A DNA stretch of 64,000 nucleotides, taken from NCBI GenBank assembly GCA_963845565.1, contig CAWJSJ010000002.1:1248001-1312000 (forward strand), read 5' to 3'. This stretch comes from an uncultured Methylomirabilota bacterium (GTDB lineage Bacteria > Methylomirabilota > Methylomirabilia > Methylomirabilales > 2-02-FULL-66-22). This document shows positions 1 through 9,362 of the stretch, piece by piece (within the stretch, counting starts at the first letter, position 1; the number at the start of each line of letters is the position of its first letter). The translations under genes and the position numbers were made by a program. The notes under the pieces were generated by a model that did not search any database, was not told where the DNA came from, and saw only the letters and a list, made by a program, of their open reading frames with translations.

Positions 1-1519
1 CCTCGGTCTTCTGCTGCATGGCTTCGGAACGGTTCTCTCCGGATACAACATTATCGCGTTGGTCCTGGGCTCGTTCTTCGGCATCATCATCGGCGCCATT
101 CCGGGACTCACCGCCACCATGGGCATCGCCATCCTGGTGCCGTTCACCTTCGGCATGACCCCCATCACGGGGATCGTGATGCTGCTCGGAATTTACACGG
201 GGGCAATTTACGGGGGCGGCATCGCTTCCATCTTGATCAAGACACCGGGAACCCCTGCGGCGGCGGCCACCGTGTTTGACGGCTACCCGATGGCGCAACA
301 GGGGCTTGCCGGGAGGGCGATCGGTATCGCCACCATCTCTTCCGGAGTCGGCGGAACGTTCACGGCGCTCTGCCTGGCCTTCTTCGCCCCCATCCTCGCC
401 ACGTTCGCCCTGCGCTTTTCCGCCCCGGAGTACTTCGCCCTAGCGTGTTTCGGCCTGGCGGTCACAATCACGCTGTCGGGTCGGTCGCCGGTCAAGGGGG
501 TCATCTCGGGGCTGCTGGGCCTGCTTCTGGCGATGGTCGGCCTCGACCCGATGGGGGGCTTTCAGCGATTCACGTTCGGCTTCGCGGAGCTCACCGGCGG
601 CCTGTCCTTTGTCCCCATGCTCATCGGCCTGTTTGCCCTCTCCGAGGGCTTCCGCCAGGTGGAGATCATCCTCACGGCCCCCAAGGTCAGTGCCGTCCTC
701 AAGAACATCCTCCCGTCGCTGCAGGATCTCAAGAAGTGCCTCCCCGCCTTCCTGCGGGCCTGCCCCATCGGACTCATCGTGGGTATCACGCCCGCCATCG
801 GGGCGGACACGGCCGCCTTCTTGAGCTACGCCGAAACCAAGCGGGCGTCGAAGGAGCCGGAGAGTTTCGGGAAGGGTAACCCGGCTGGTGTGGCTGCCGC
901 TCAGTGCGGCGAGAACGCCAGCACGGGTGGCGACGTCCTGCCCATGATCACCCTTGGAATCCCGGGCGATGCCGCCACGGCCGTTCTGATGGGAGCGCTC
1001 ACCATCCATAACCTGCAACCCGGCCCCATGCTCTTTCAGGGCCATCCCGAAGTCGTCCACCAGATCTTCGCCGGCATGATCGCCGCGAATGTCGTGTTCG
1101 TGATCCTGGGGCTCATCTTCGCCCGGTTCTTTGCCCAGGTGATCAACATCGATCGAAAGTTCCTGGTGCCTCTCATCTTCGTCACCTGCATGGTGGGCTC
1201 CTACGCCATCAACAACGTGCTCTACGATCTGGCGACCTGCGCCATTTTCGGGTTTCTCGGCTACCTCATGATCCGCTACGACTTCCCGGTCGCCCCCATG
1301 GTCCTGGCCCAGATCCTTGGCGGGATGATGGAGTCGAACTATCGCCGTGCCGTCGTCATGTTCCAAGGGGATGTCTCGATGTTCTTGACGCGGCCGATCG
1401 CCCTGACGATCTTGGCCCTGGCGGCCTTTACAACCATCGTGGCCGTTCGCCGTCAGCGCGCTGCCCTCAAGCAGGAAGCCGCGCAGCTCGCCGCGTTGGA
1501 GCAGTCGAGCGGTCAATGA
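1..1519 (+). CDS. tctA: Tripartite tricarboxylate transporter large permease TctA (5' end runs off the window)
   Basis: GAIPGLTATMGIAIL, YGGGIASILIKTPGTPAAA and PMITLGIPG motifs; the frame is open from position 2. Confidence 0.92.
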   Translation, partial: LGLLLHGFGTVLSGYNIIALVLGSFFGIIIGAIPGLTATMGIAILVPFTFGMTPITGIVMLLGIYTGAIYGGGIASILIKTPGTPAAAATVFDGYPMAQQGLAGRAIGIATISSGVGGTFTALCLAFFAPILATFALRFSAPEYFALACFGLAVTITLSGRSPVKGVISGLLGLLLAMVGLDPMGGFQRFTFGFAELTGGLSFVPMLIGLFALSEGFRQVEIILTAPKVSAVLKNILPSLQDLKKCLPAFLRACPIGLIVGITPAIGADTAAFLSYAETKRASKEPESFGKGNPAGVAAAQCGENASTGGDVLPMITLGIPGDAATAVLMGALTIHNLQPGPMLFQGHPEVVHQIFAGMIAANVVFVILGLIFARFFAQVINIDRKFLVPLIFVTCMVGSYAINNVLYDLATCAIFGFLGYLMIRYDFPVAPMVLAQILGGMMESNYRRAVVMFQGDVSMFLTRPIALTILALAAFTTIVAVRRQRAALKQEAAQLAALEQSSGQ

Positions 1520-1590
1520 GTCCATCAGTCGACTCGGAGTGGCCGCATGCAGGTCATGACACAAATTGACCAGTTGACAAGGGGCAACCG

Positions 1591-2553
1591 ATGAAGCTCG
1601 TCACCTTTGACCTATGCGGTCGGGACCGTGTCGGCGCCGTGCTGGACGGTCGGCTGATTGACCTGAATGCCGCCCTCGCCGCCGCGCTGGTCGAGGCCGG
1701 AGAGGGCGAGCCGGCGGCCGTGGCCGACCGGACGCTGCCGCCTGACATGCTTGGCTTTCTGCGGGGTGGCCACGAGGCCATGGCGGCTGCGCGGCGTGCG
1801 CTGCAGTACGCCGTTGACCTCAAATATGACCTGCCCGGCGCCGTATTCGGTTTCGACCAGCTCCCCCTGCGCGCCCCGGTCCCCCGTCCTCCCAAGATCG
1901 TGTGCACCGGCGTAAATTACGAGGACTACCGTCAAGTCATCGGTCTGGCCAAATCGGCCGTTCCGCTGATCTTTCTCAAGGCGCCGTCCTGCGTGGTGGG
2001 TCCGGACGATCCGGTGCGGATTCCCGGGGGCTACGGCGAGGCCTATCACGAGTACGAATTCTCGTGCGTGATCGGCAAGCGGTGCAAGGCCGTGCCGAAG
2101 GAGCGTGCGCTGGAAGTCATCGCAGGCTACACGATCTTCCATGACATCACCGGACGGACCCTGGAGGCCACAAGCCGCGAGTACCAGCCGTGGGGCAAGT
2201 CCATCGATACCTACGGGCCGATGGGGCCGTGGATCGTGACCCCCGACGAGATGCCCAAGGATCTCTACAATCTACGCATCTTGCGACGCCGGAACGGGAA
2301 GGTCGAGGCGGAGTCCAATACCTCAAACATGATCTTCCGTTTCGACGACATCGTGGCCTTCGTCTCGACGTTCTGGACGCTGGAACCGGGGGACCTCATC
2401 ACCACGGCGAGCCCCATGGCGGGTCCGATCTTCCCCGGCGACGTCATCGAGTCGGAGATCGAGGGGATCGGCATCCTGCGGAACCCGGTCGAGTCCGTGG
2501 CGGTTGACCGCACGTACGCCGAGCGGATCGGGATCGGGGAGCCGGGAGGTTAG
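1591..2553 (+). CDS. Fumarylacetoacetate (FAH) hydrolase family protein
   Basis: KIVCTGVNY, FLKAPS, HEYE, HDITGR, WGKSIDTYGPMGPWIVT, TLEPGDLI. Confidence 0.9.
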   Translation: MKLVTFDLCGRDRVGAVLDGRLIDLNAALAAALVEAGEGEPAAVADRTLPPDMLGFLRGGHEAMAAARRALQYAVDLKYDLPGAVFGFDQLPLRAPVPRPPKIVCTGVNYEDYRQVIGLAKSAVPLIFLKAPSCVVGPDDPVRIPGGYGEAYHEYEFSCVIGKRCKAVPKERALEVIAGYTIFHDITGRTLEATSREYQPWGKSIDTYGPMGPWIVTPDEMPKDLYNLRILRRRNGKVEAESNTSNMIFRFDDIVAFVSTFWTLEPGDLITTASPMAGPIFPGDVIESEIEGIGILRNPVESVAVDRTYAERIGIGEPGG

Positions 2554-2647
2554 CGCCGAGAGCCGAGAGCGGAGTGGAGGCGCCTCGAGCCCTGGCGCAG
2601 GGCTCTTCAATCGGGTGCACCCCAACACAACCAGAGAGGAGCGCGCG

Positions 2648-2962
2648 ATGATCTACGAACTGCGTACCTATCAACTTGCCGTGGGCGGGATGGGGGATTA
2701 CCTGGACCTCATCCGGACAAAACTTCTACCCCTGCTCGCCGAGCACGGGATCAAACCGGTCGGCTTCTGGACCACCGACATCGGGACGCTGAACGAGGTC
2801 GTGCATCTGTGGGCGTTCAACGATCTCAACGAGCGTCAGGCGAAGTGGGGGGCATGGTTCAAGGACCCCCGCCGCGCCGAGATCGTGCCGCGCCTGCGCG
2901 CCGCGATCGTCAGCCAGAGCAACAAGATCCTCTCGCCGACCGAGTTTTCGCAGTTGAAATAG
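2648..2962 (+). CDS. NIPSNAP family protein
   Basis: MIYELRTY...NEVVHLW...ILSPTEFS; GAGGAG RBS before ATG 2648. Confidence 0.9.
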   Translation: MIYELRTYQLAVGGMGDYLDLIRTKLLPLLAEHGIKPVGFWTTDIGTLNEVVHLWAFNDLNERQAKWGAWFKDPRRAEIVPRLRAAIVSQSNKILSPTEFSQLK

Positions 2963-3015
2963 AGTACCGAGGAACGGTCGGGCGGATCCCGAATCCAGGT
3001 TGCAGCCACAGATAC

Positions 3016-3048
3016 GAAGAGCCCAGGCCCCCGGGGCTCTTCGTGTTT
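3016..3048. terminator. Probable intrinsic terminator between convergent genes
   Basis: GAAGAGCCC...GGGCTCTTC 9-bp stem followed by GTGTTTT. Confidence 0.6.
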
Positions 3049-3060
3049 TCGGTCCGGATT

Positions 3061-3945
3061 TCAGGCCGCCCGTCGTCGCCCGAGATTCCGCAGAAGCGCG
3101 GCCAGATCCCGAGCCGCCGTCGCGCGCTCGATCCGGGCCACCAGGGCAGCGATCTTCTCGGCGTGAGCGGTCGTCGTGACGGTCGTGGCGAGCTTCAGGT
3201 ACTTCTGATGGATCTCCTCGGGCGTGAGGGGGTTCTCCATCGTGCCCTTGGCGTGATCCACGCGGCAGGCGAGGCGCCGGCCGTCGGTCGTGGTCACCTC
3301 GACGATAGAGGCGTAACGTTCGGGCCAGTGTTTCTCCAACTCCGGGTCGGCTGCCATCCGGGTGTTTTCGCTCAAACGTGCGACTTCGGGGTTCTTCTTC
3401 CGATCCTGCAGGATGTCGTCAATCATCACCTGGCCGAAGACCAGGCCGATGGGGAGGATGTATTGGGCGCAATGGGACTTCAGTTCGTTGTTGTCAATCA
3501 TGTGCTTTCCGGAGGTTGGGAAGCGCAACACGATCTCCCGCACGTCGGCAGCCTTGAGGCTGTGCTCTCGCGCCAAGCTGAGAAGCGCGTCCAGGCCAGG
3601 GTGGGTGAAGGAGCAGCTCGAGTACAGCTTGTACGCGAATTCCGGCAGATAGAAATGGGTTCCCCAGTCGGACAGCGGCGCCTCGGGGTGCCGCTCGCCC
3701 GAGAAGGCGGTAAAGGCGTCGTACTTGCCTTCGAAGGGCGTCGGAGGGCCGCCGAAGCCGAGGGAGGCCGGGTAGGCCGCGGTCGCGCCGTTTCGCGCCG
3801 CCAGGCCCGGATTGAACGGACGGGAGTTCTCCGTGTGATCGCTCGCCCAGGCCAGGAGACCGCACGCCTGCTGCATGGCGAGGCCCAGGGCGATGCCGAA
3901 CTTCGGGGCCTCGAGACGGAACAGATGGCCGGCGGCCGCCGCGGG
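3061..3945 (-). pseudogene. MmgE/PrpD family protein, C-terminal fragment; N-terminal third missing
   Basis: GLAARNGATAA...GFGG, YKLYSSCSFTH and HAKGTMENPLT motifs; similarity ends abruptly next to the element end at ~3950. Confidence 0.8.
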
Positions 3946-3990
3946 GACCGCGCGTGCTGATCTGCGGCCGAGCCGCGGTCCCGCCTCTTT

Positions 3991-4136
3991 CCTGTTGACA
4001 CCCAAGTCCAGGCCGTCGGATACTTCCCATCATCCTGGAGGCGCGGCCTCTCACCTGAAGAGCGCTTCCGGGGCTGACTTCGAGCGGCGGGCCGGGTCCC
4101 TGCCGGCGTTGCGGCGCGGATCGTCGCGCGACTCCC
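3991..4136 (+). mobile_element. IS91-like 3' end (oriIS-like) copy A with outward promoter; terminal motif degenerate
   Basis: TTGACA 3995, GATACT 4019 (18-nt spacer), GATCGTCGCGC 4119. Confidence 0.55.
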
Positions 4137-4173
4137 GGCGGACGGAACCAAATGAATAGCGGAAAGGTGTGTT

Positions 4174-4956
4174 ATGGCTCCTCGGCCTGACGTCGAAAAG
4201 CTTACCGACTACGTGGTCGCCTCCATCGAGGCCGGCAAGGCGGTCGAGAAGCCGTTTTTTCACCTTGAGTTCGATCGCATCTTTCCCGAGGACATCTATG
4301 CCTCGATCATCCGCCTGATGCCGGTTGCGGCTGACTACCGGCCGCTGCCCGGCCGTCGCGGCGCCAACCTGCTGCCCGATGGCTCATCCACCCGCGTCAA
4401 GATCGACCTGTTTCCGGAATACACCCGGCACCTTCAGGGCGAGAAGCGTGCGCTGTGGGACCTCGTCGGCCGTGCGCTCTGCTCCGCAGCGGTGCAGAAT
4501 GCCTTTGTCCGTCGACTCACGCCGGGGCTGGAGCGGCGCTTCGGCGCAGGCTGCGCCGACGTCGGCATGTACCCGATTCCGGTGCTCACACGCGACATTC
4601 CCGGCTACCGCATCACGCCGCATACCGATACGCACTGGAAGGGAATTACGGTGCAGTTCTATCTGCCGCCCGATGCCGCCAACACGAATATCGGCACGAT
4701 CTTCCACGACGTTCTGCCCGACGGCAGCATGCCCAAGGCGACGCAGATGAGGTTCGCGCCCAACTCGGGCTATGCCTTCGCGGTCGGCGACAACACCTGG
4801 CATTCGGCCGACCCGGTCGGCGGCCAAGTGAAGACGCGCGATTCAATCTTGCTGACCTATTTCGTCGATGCCGGCCTGCTGCGCTTCCTGCGCAACCGCG
4901 GCAAGCGCGTCGGCAATTTCGTGCTCAACGAGGTCAAGCACGTCGCGAGGCGGTGA
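4174..4956 (+). CDS. 2OG-Fe(II) oxygenase-like protein
   Basis: HTD...WHS facial triad and downstream RxS (TRDSILL). Confidence 0.7.
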   Translation: MAPRPDVEKLTDYVVASIEAGKAVEKPFFHLEFDRIFPEDIYASIIRLMPVAADYRPLPGRRGANLLPDGSSTRVKIDLFPEYTRHLQGEKRALWDLVGRALCSAAVQNAFVRRLTPGLERRFGAGCADVGMYPIPVLTRDIPGYRITPHTDTHWKGITVQFYLPPDAANTNIGTIFHDVLPDGSMPKATQMRFAPNSGYAFAVGDNTWHSADPVGGQVKTRDSILLTYFVDAGLLRFLRNRGKRVGNFVLNEVKHVARR

Positions 4957-5170
4957 GGCGGCGCTTCGAAACACGCAGGCGATTGGAGATGCGCCGCACC
5001 CGACTTGCTCGCGTTGCGCGCTTGCACGTCGACCTCTCCCCGCAAGCGATAATCCGGGACGGCATGCCTTCTGTCTCCTGGTCCCCTCGTGGTGCCCTCC
5101 GAGTCGTTACGCCTCGTCAGCCGCGTCCCGATGCGCCGGACACCCTCCACCATGGGTGACCCCAGTTTGG

Positions 5171-5330
5171 CCTTGACACCAGCCTCCTGCGCGCCTGATA
5201 CTCCCGCCCGGTGTCCGGGGGGACACCGGGCGGGGCGCGCGGAGGGCAGGGGTCGCGCGACTCCGACGGGCCCGCGGGGCGCCGACAGCCGCATCGTCCC
5301 GCGGCCCCAAAGGCGAACTCCGATCACTCA
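5171..5330 (+). mobile_element. IS91-like 3' end copy B with outward promoter
   Basis: TTGACA 5173, GATACT 5197, perfect 14-bp hairpin 5203-5234, terminal CCCCAAAGGCGAACTCCGATCAC. Confidence 0.65.
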
Positions 5331-5349
5331 TTCCCTTTCTCTTCATGCC

Positions 5350-5538
5350 ATGACACTTATCGGCATCAACCGCTCGATCATCCTGCCCGCGAGCGATTAC
5401 GAATTCCCTGAAACGACGCGCGATCTCGACGATGGTCCGAAGGAGTCCCGTCGGAAGGGTCACCGCAGGGCCCGCTCGAACTCGTTCGGTCTCGGCGGTC
5501 AGAGCACCTGTCTGTGGATAGGCGGATATGATGAGTAA
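5350..5538 (+). pseudogene. Degenerate C-terminal fragment of a beta-ketoacyl synthase
   Basis: ILPASDYEFPE...DLD...SNSFGLGGQSTCL matches the FabF C-terminus. Confidence 0.7.
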
Positions 5539-5568
5539 ACCATCGTCCCTTCGGTCGCTGCGGGGCGT

Positions 5569-6852
5569 GTGATGACCGACCCTGTCGTCATAACGAGCGC
5601 CGGAGTCGTCTGCTCCCTTGGCATCGGCCAGGACGCGGTGTGGGATGCGCTCATCTCAGGAAAGAGTGGCGTCCGCTCCATCGCGGGCTTCGATGCCCGA
5701 GGATTCCGGTGTGCTGCCGCCCAGGTGGTTGACCTGAATAAGGACGAGTCCGGCATCGACCCCCGTGATACCCGTATCATGCGGACCCACTCGTACATGC
5801 TCGGCAAGGCCACGCGCGACGCTTTTACCAATGCCGGGCTTCCCTCCCCGTCTCTCCCGTCGGAGGCAATCGGGTTTTTCGCTGGAATGGGTATGGTCGA
5901 TTATGAGGTCAACGACCTTCTTCCGGCAGTGCTCAAGTCGCTCAACCCCGACCGCAGCATCGACTACGACACCTTTTTTTCGGAGGGATTCCAGGAAATC
6001 CACCCCCTCTGGCCATTGTCGATGCTGAACAACGTCAGTTTCTGCCTGGTTGCGATCGGTCTCGATATTCAGGGCGACAATACGGTGTTCTCCCCCCATG
6101 CGGACTCGGGCGGCCTGAGCGTGAGAGAGGCAATGCTGTCGGTCCGCGAACGGCGATCAGGCATCGCCTTCGCCGCGGGAGTCAGCGAGACCATAAGCCC
6201 CCTCAGCCTCGCGCGCATGAGCCTCGCCGGACTGCTGGCGTCCGGCGACGGGAGCGAGGAGCAGCTTCCTCGGCCGTTCGATGCCGAGCGCACGGGAACC
6301 GTCCTGGGCGAGGGCTGCGGTGTCGTCGGCCTCGAACTCCTGTCGAGCGCGCGCGCCCGCGGTGCCGCGCCGCTGGCGGAACTCTCCGGCGTCGGCGCGG
6401 CCTGTCAACACCAGGACGGTGCGACGAGCCCGACGGCGACGGCAATCGCCGTAGCGATGGAGCAGGCCCTCCGGTCGGCCGGTGTGATCCCGCAGCAGAT
6501 CGACGCGGTCATCGCCCACGGAGATGGCTCACGCGAAGGGGACGCCCGTGAAATCGAGGCGCTCCAGATGGTGTTCTCCGGCGAGATCGGCCGACTTCCC
6601 GTGTTTTCATCCAAGGGATCGCTGGGGCATCTGCTGGCCGCTGCGCCTGTCGTGGACCTGATCACCGGGATCTCGATGTTGACGCACAACACCGTCCCGG
6701 CGACGCTGCATACCCGGCGCCCCGACGCCTCGGTGCGTTTCAATCTGGTGCTCGGCTCCGCATTGCATGCGCCTCTCCACAGGATCATGATCAACTGCCG
6801 GAGTTCGGAGGGCCAGGCAGTCTCGCTGATCATCGAGAAGAGCCTGCGGTGA
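5569..6852 (+). CDS. Ketosynthase-like protein lacking the catalytic Cys (chain-length-factor / FabF-mut type)
   Basis: KS fold motifs (RPFD, LGEG, IAHGDG, SSKGSLGH); PHADSG in place of TACAS. Confidence 0.85.
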   Translation: MMTDPVVITSAGVVCSLGIGQDAVWDALISGKSGVRSIAGFDARGFRCAAAQVVDLNKDESGIDPRDTRIMRTHSYMLGKATRDAFTNAGLPSPSLPSEAIGFFAGMGMVDYEVNDLLPAVLKSLNPDRSIDYDTFFSEGFQEIHPLWPLSMLNNVSFCLVAIGLDIQGDNTVFSPHADSGGLSVREAMLSVRERRSGIAFAAGVSETISPLSLARMSLAGLLASGDGSEEQLPRPFDAERTGTVLGEGCGVVGLELLSSARARGAAPLAELSGVGAACQHQDGATSPTATAIAVAMEQALRSAGVIPQQIDAVIAHGDGSREGDAREIEALQMVFSGEIGRLPVFSSKGSLGHLLAAAPVVDLITGISMLTHNTVPATLHTRRPDASVRFNLVLGSALHAPLHRIMINCRSSEGQAVSLIIEKSLR

Positions 6853-6859
6853 GAATGCC

Positions 6860-7309
6860 ATGAGATTCCTGCTCTTCGATTCAGTCGCGCAGATCACGAA
6901 GGGAAAATCGATCGTCGGTGTCAAGTGTTTTTCCCTGACCGAGGAGTTCCTCAACCGGCATTTCGCACAAACTCCCTCCGTGCCCGGTCCGCTCCTCATC
7001 GAGGCGATGGCGCAGCTCGTCGGGTGGCTGATCATCTACTCCTACGACTTCCGGCTTTCCACTTTCCTTGCACTCGTCGAGGATGTGCGCATCACTCCCC
7101 GGCTGCGTCCCGGTTTCAGCGCCGAGATCCACGGCGAGCTGATCTCTACTTCGAAACGCGATTCGCTCGGAAGGGCGCGCATGGTCTCTGCCGGCAGGGA
7201 GATCGCCTCCGTGGGCCGGATCATCTATGGCCACAGCGACCGGGTCGACCCCGAGGAGCTTGCGAGGCGATTCGCCTATTACAGCGGAATGAGGACTGAC
7301 CAGCAATGA
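6860..7309 (+). CDS. FabZ-like hotdog dehydratase
   Basis: MRFLLFD...HF...PGPLLIEAMAQ. Confidence 0.85.
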   Translation: MRFLLFDSVAQITKGKSIVGVKCFSLTEEFLNRHFAQTPSVPGPLLIEAMAQLVGWLIIYSYDFRLSTFLALVEDVRITPRLRPGFSAEIHGELISTSKRDSLGRARMVSAGREIASVGRIIYGHSDRVDPEELARRFAYYSGMRTDQQ

Positions 7310-8595
7310 ACCGGCGGAAGGTCGTCATCACCGGCCTCGGTCTTGCCACCTGCCTTGGACTCTCGGTCAACGGGAACTGGCGACGCCTGATGAACGGCGA
7401 ATCAGGCATCCGAAGGCTCTCGCATCCTGCTACCGACAGCTCTCTGATCCGCGCTGCGGGTGCGCTCCGTGGCGAGGACTGGCGGACGATCGAAGAGACG
7501 TTTCGGGACGACGCCGCTGCCGGCGAAGAGCGCATGACCCTCCTTGCGCTCTGGGCGGCGCAGGAGGCGCACCAGGATGCCGCCTTGTCCGACGGCACGA
7601 TCGAGCATGGCCGGGCCGGCGTGGCCCTGGCCTCGGAAATCGGCGTCAGCCGCCTGGAGGATGTCGGTCGCTGGGTTGACCCAGACCGCACATTCAACCT
7701 GCTGCGCTTCAGCAGGGAACTGTCAGCCGTGCATCCGGAATCCCTCATGCGGCACGTGTCGCATCGCCCTGCGTCGCTGATTGCAACGAAGTATCGTTTC
7801 TCAGGCATGAACGCGACGGTGACCGCCGCCTGCGCGTCCGCGAACCAGGCGATCGGCATCGGGTACCGTGCGATCCAGCGCGGCGATGCGGACATCATGG
7901 CGGTCGGCGGCACAGCGACGATGATGAATCCCCTCGGGCTGGTCTTCTTCCTCCTGGTCACGGCGGCCTCGACGTCCCGAGACGAACCTGCCGCCATCTG
8001 CCGCCCTTTCGACCGGAAGCGATCGGGTCTGGTCATGGCGGAAGGTGCTGCGGTCGTGATGCTCGAAGAGGAGTCGCATGCCCTGAGGCGCAACGCGAAG
8101 GTCTATGCCGAGGTGGCCGGATACGGCGCGTCGCTCGACGCCTACCGGCTGACCCGGCCGCATCCCGACGGACGGGGGGCCGCGCAGTCCATGATCGCCG
8201 CCCTCCGCGACGCAGGCCTCGGCATCGACGCGATCGATTACATCAACGCCCATGGGACCAGCACGAAGCTGAACGACGTCGTCGAAACGCTCGCGATCAA
8301 GAACGTTTTCGGCGAACGCGCATACCAGATCCCGGTCAGCTCGAGCAAGTCCATGATCGGCCACACGCTCGCGGCGTCCGGCGCTCCCGAGTTCGTGTAT
8401 ACCATCCTGAGCGTTCAGCGCGACGAGATCCACCCGACGATCAATCTCAGCCAGCCGGATCAGAAGTGCGACCTCGATTACGTGCCGAACGTCGGCAGGC
8501 GGCACATCGTGAACGCAGCCCTGACCAATTCATTCGGATTCGGCGGCCAGAACGCGACGATCATCGTGAAGAAATACCGGAAGGAGGACGCATGA
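7306..8595 (+). CDS. fabF: Beta-ketoacyl-ACP synthase II-like (FabF family), catalytic triad intact
   Basis: TAACAS, INAHGTST, KSMIGHT, NSFGFGGQN. Confidence 0.9.
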   Translation: MNRRKVVITGLGLATCLGLSVNGNWRRLMNGESGIRRLSHPATDSSLIRAAGALRGEDWRTIEETFRDDAAAGEERMTLLALWAAQEAHQDAALSDGTIEHGRAGVALASEIGVSRLEDVGRWVDPDRTFNLLRFSRELSAVHPESLMRHVSHRPASLIATKYRFSGMNATVTAACASANQAIGIGYRAIQRGDADIMAVGGTATMMNPLGLVFFLLVTAASTSRDEPAAICRPFDRKRSGLVMAEGAAVVMLEEESHALRRNAKVYAEVAGYGASLDAYRLTRPHPDGRGAAQSMIAALRDAGLGIDAIDYINAHGTSTKLNDVVETLAIKNVFGERAYQIPVSSSKSMIGHTLAASGAPEFVYTILSVQRDEIHPTINLSQPDQKCDLDYVPNVGRRHIVNAALTNSFGFGGQNATIIVKKYRKEDA

Positions 8596-9344
8596 AACTG
8601 GACCTGACCGGGAAGACCGCCCTCGTGACCGGGGGGTCGCGCGGCATCGGGCGGGAGACCGGCATTTTCCTGGCGCAGGCCGGAGCGCGGGTGATCATCA
8701 ACTTCCACCGATCGCGCGACGAAGCCGTCAAGATTCAGGAGGAGATTATCGCCGCCGGCGGTGCAGCCGAGATCGTCCAGGCGGATATCGGGGACCCCCA
8801 GGGAGTCGAGGCGCTCTTCGGTTACGTCAGGAAGGTCTGCAAGCGGCTCGACATCCTCGTAAACAATGCCGGCGTCATCAAGGACAACCTGTTGCTGAGC
8901 ATGGGACTCCCTGATTGGGAAAAGGTTCTCGGCCTCAACCTCCGGGGGGCGTTCCTCTGCACCAAGTTCGCCGCTGAGATGATGTTGCCGAACCATGCGG
9001 GGAAGATCATCAACATCTCGTCTGTGAGCGCGATCAAGGGCGGACGCGGACAGGTCAATTACGCCGCAGCGAAGGGCGGACTCGTCTCGTTTACGCGGGC
9101 ATGCGCCGTGGAACTTGCCGGAAAGGGCATCCAGGTCAATGCGGTCCTCCCCGGCGTGATCGAGACAGAGATGACCGTGCGCGTGCGGAAGCGCGCAGGG
9201 GAGCTGCTGCTCAATGCAATCCCGATGAGAAGATTCGGCACTCCCGCGGATGTCGCCAATCTCGTGGTCTTCCTGGCTTCCGACAAGGCCGATTACATCA
9301 CCGGTCAGACGTTCGTGGTGGACGGCGGCCTAACCGCCGCATGA
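8592..9344 (+). CDS. fabG: 3-oxoacyl-ACP reductase (SDR)
   Basis: TGGSRGIG, NNAG, YAAAK; AGGAGG RBS and ATGA overlap with fabF. Confidence 0.9.
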   Translation: MKLDLTGKTALVTGGSRGIGRETGIFLAQAGARVIINFHRSRDEAVKIQEEIIAAGGAAEIVQADIGDPQGVEALFGYVRKVCKRLDILVNNAGVIKDNLLLSMGLPDWEKVLGLNLRGAFLCTKFAAEMMLPNHAGKIINISSVSAIKGGRGQVNYAAAKGGLVSFTRACAVELAGKGIQVNAVLPGVIETEMTVRVRKRAGELLLNAIPMRRFGTPADVANLVVFLASDKADYITGQTFVVDGGLTAA

Positions 9345-9362
9345 TCATCACCCGACTGGCAC

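Noticed and set aside
4160..4180. Integron attI/attC site (GTT before the oxygenase start)
   Set aside because: No GTTRRRY/RYYYAAC pair, no attC hairpin and no integrase.
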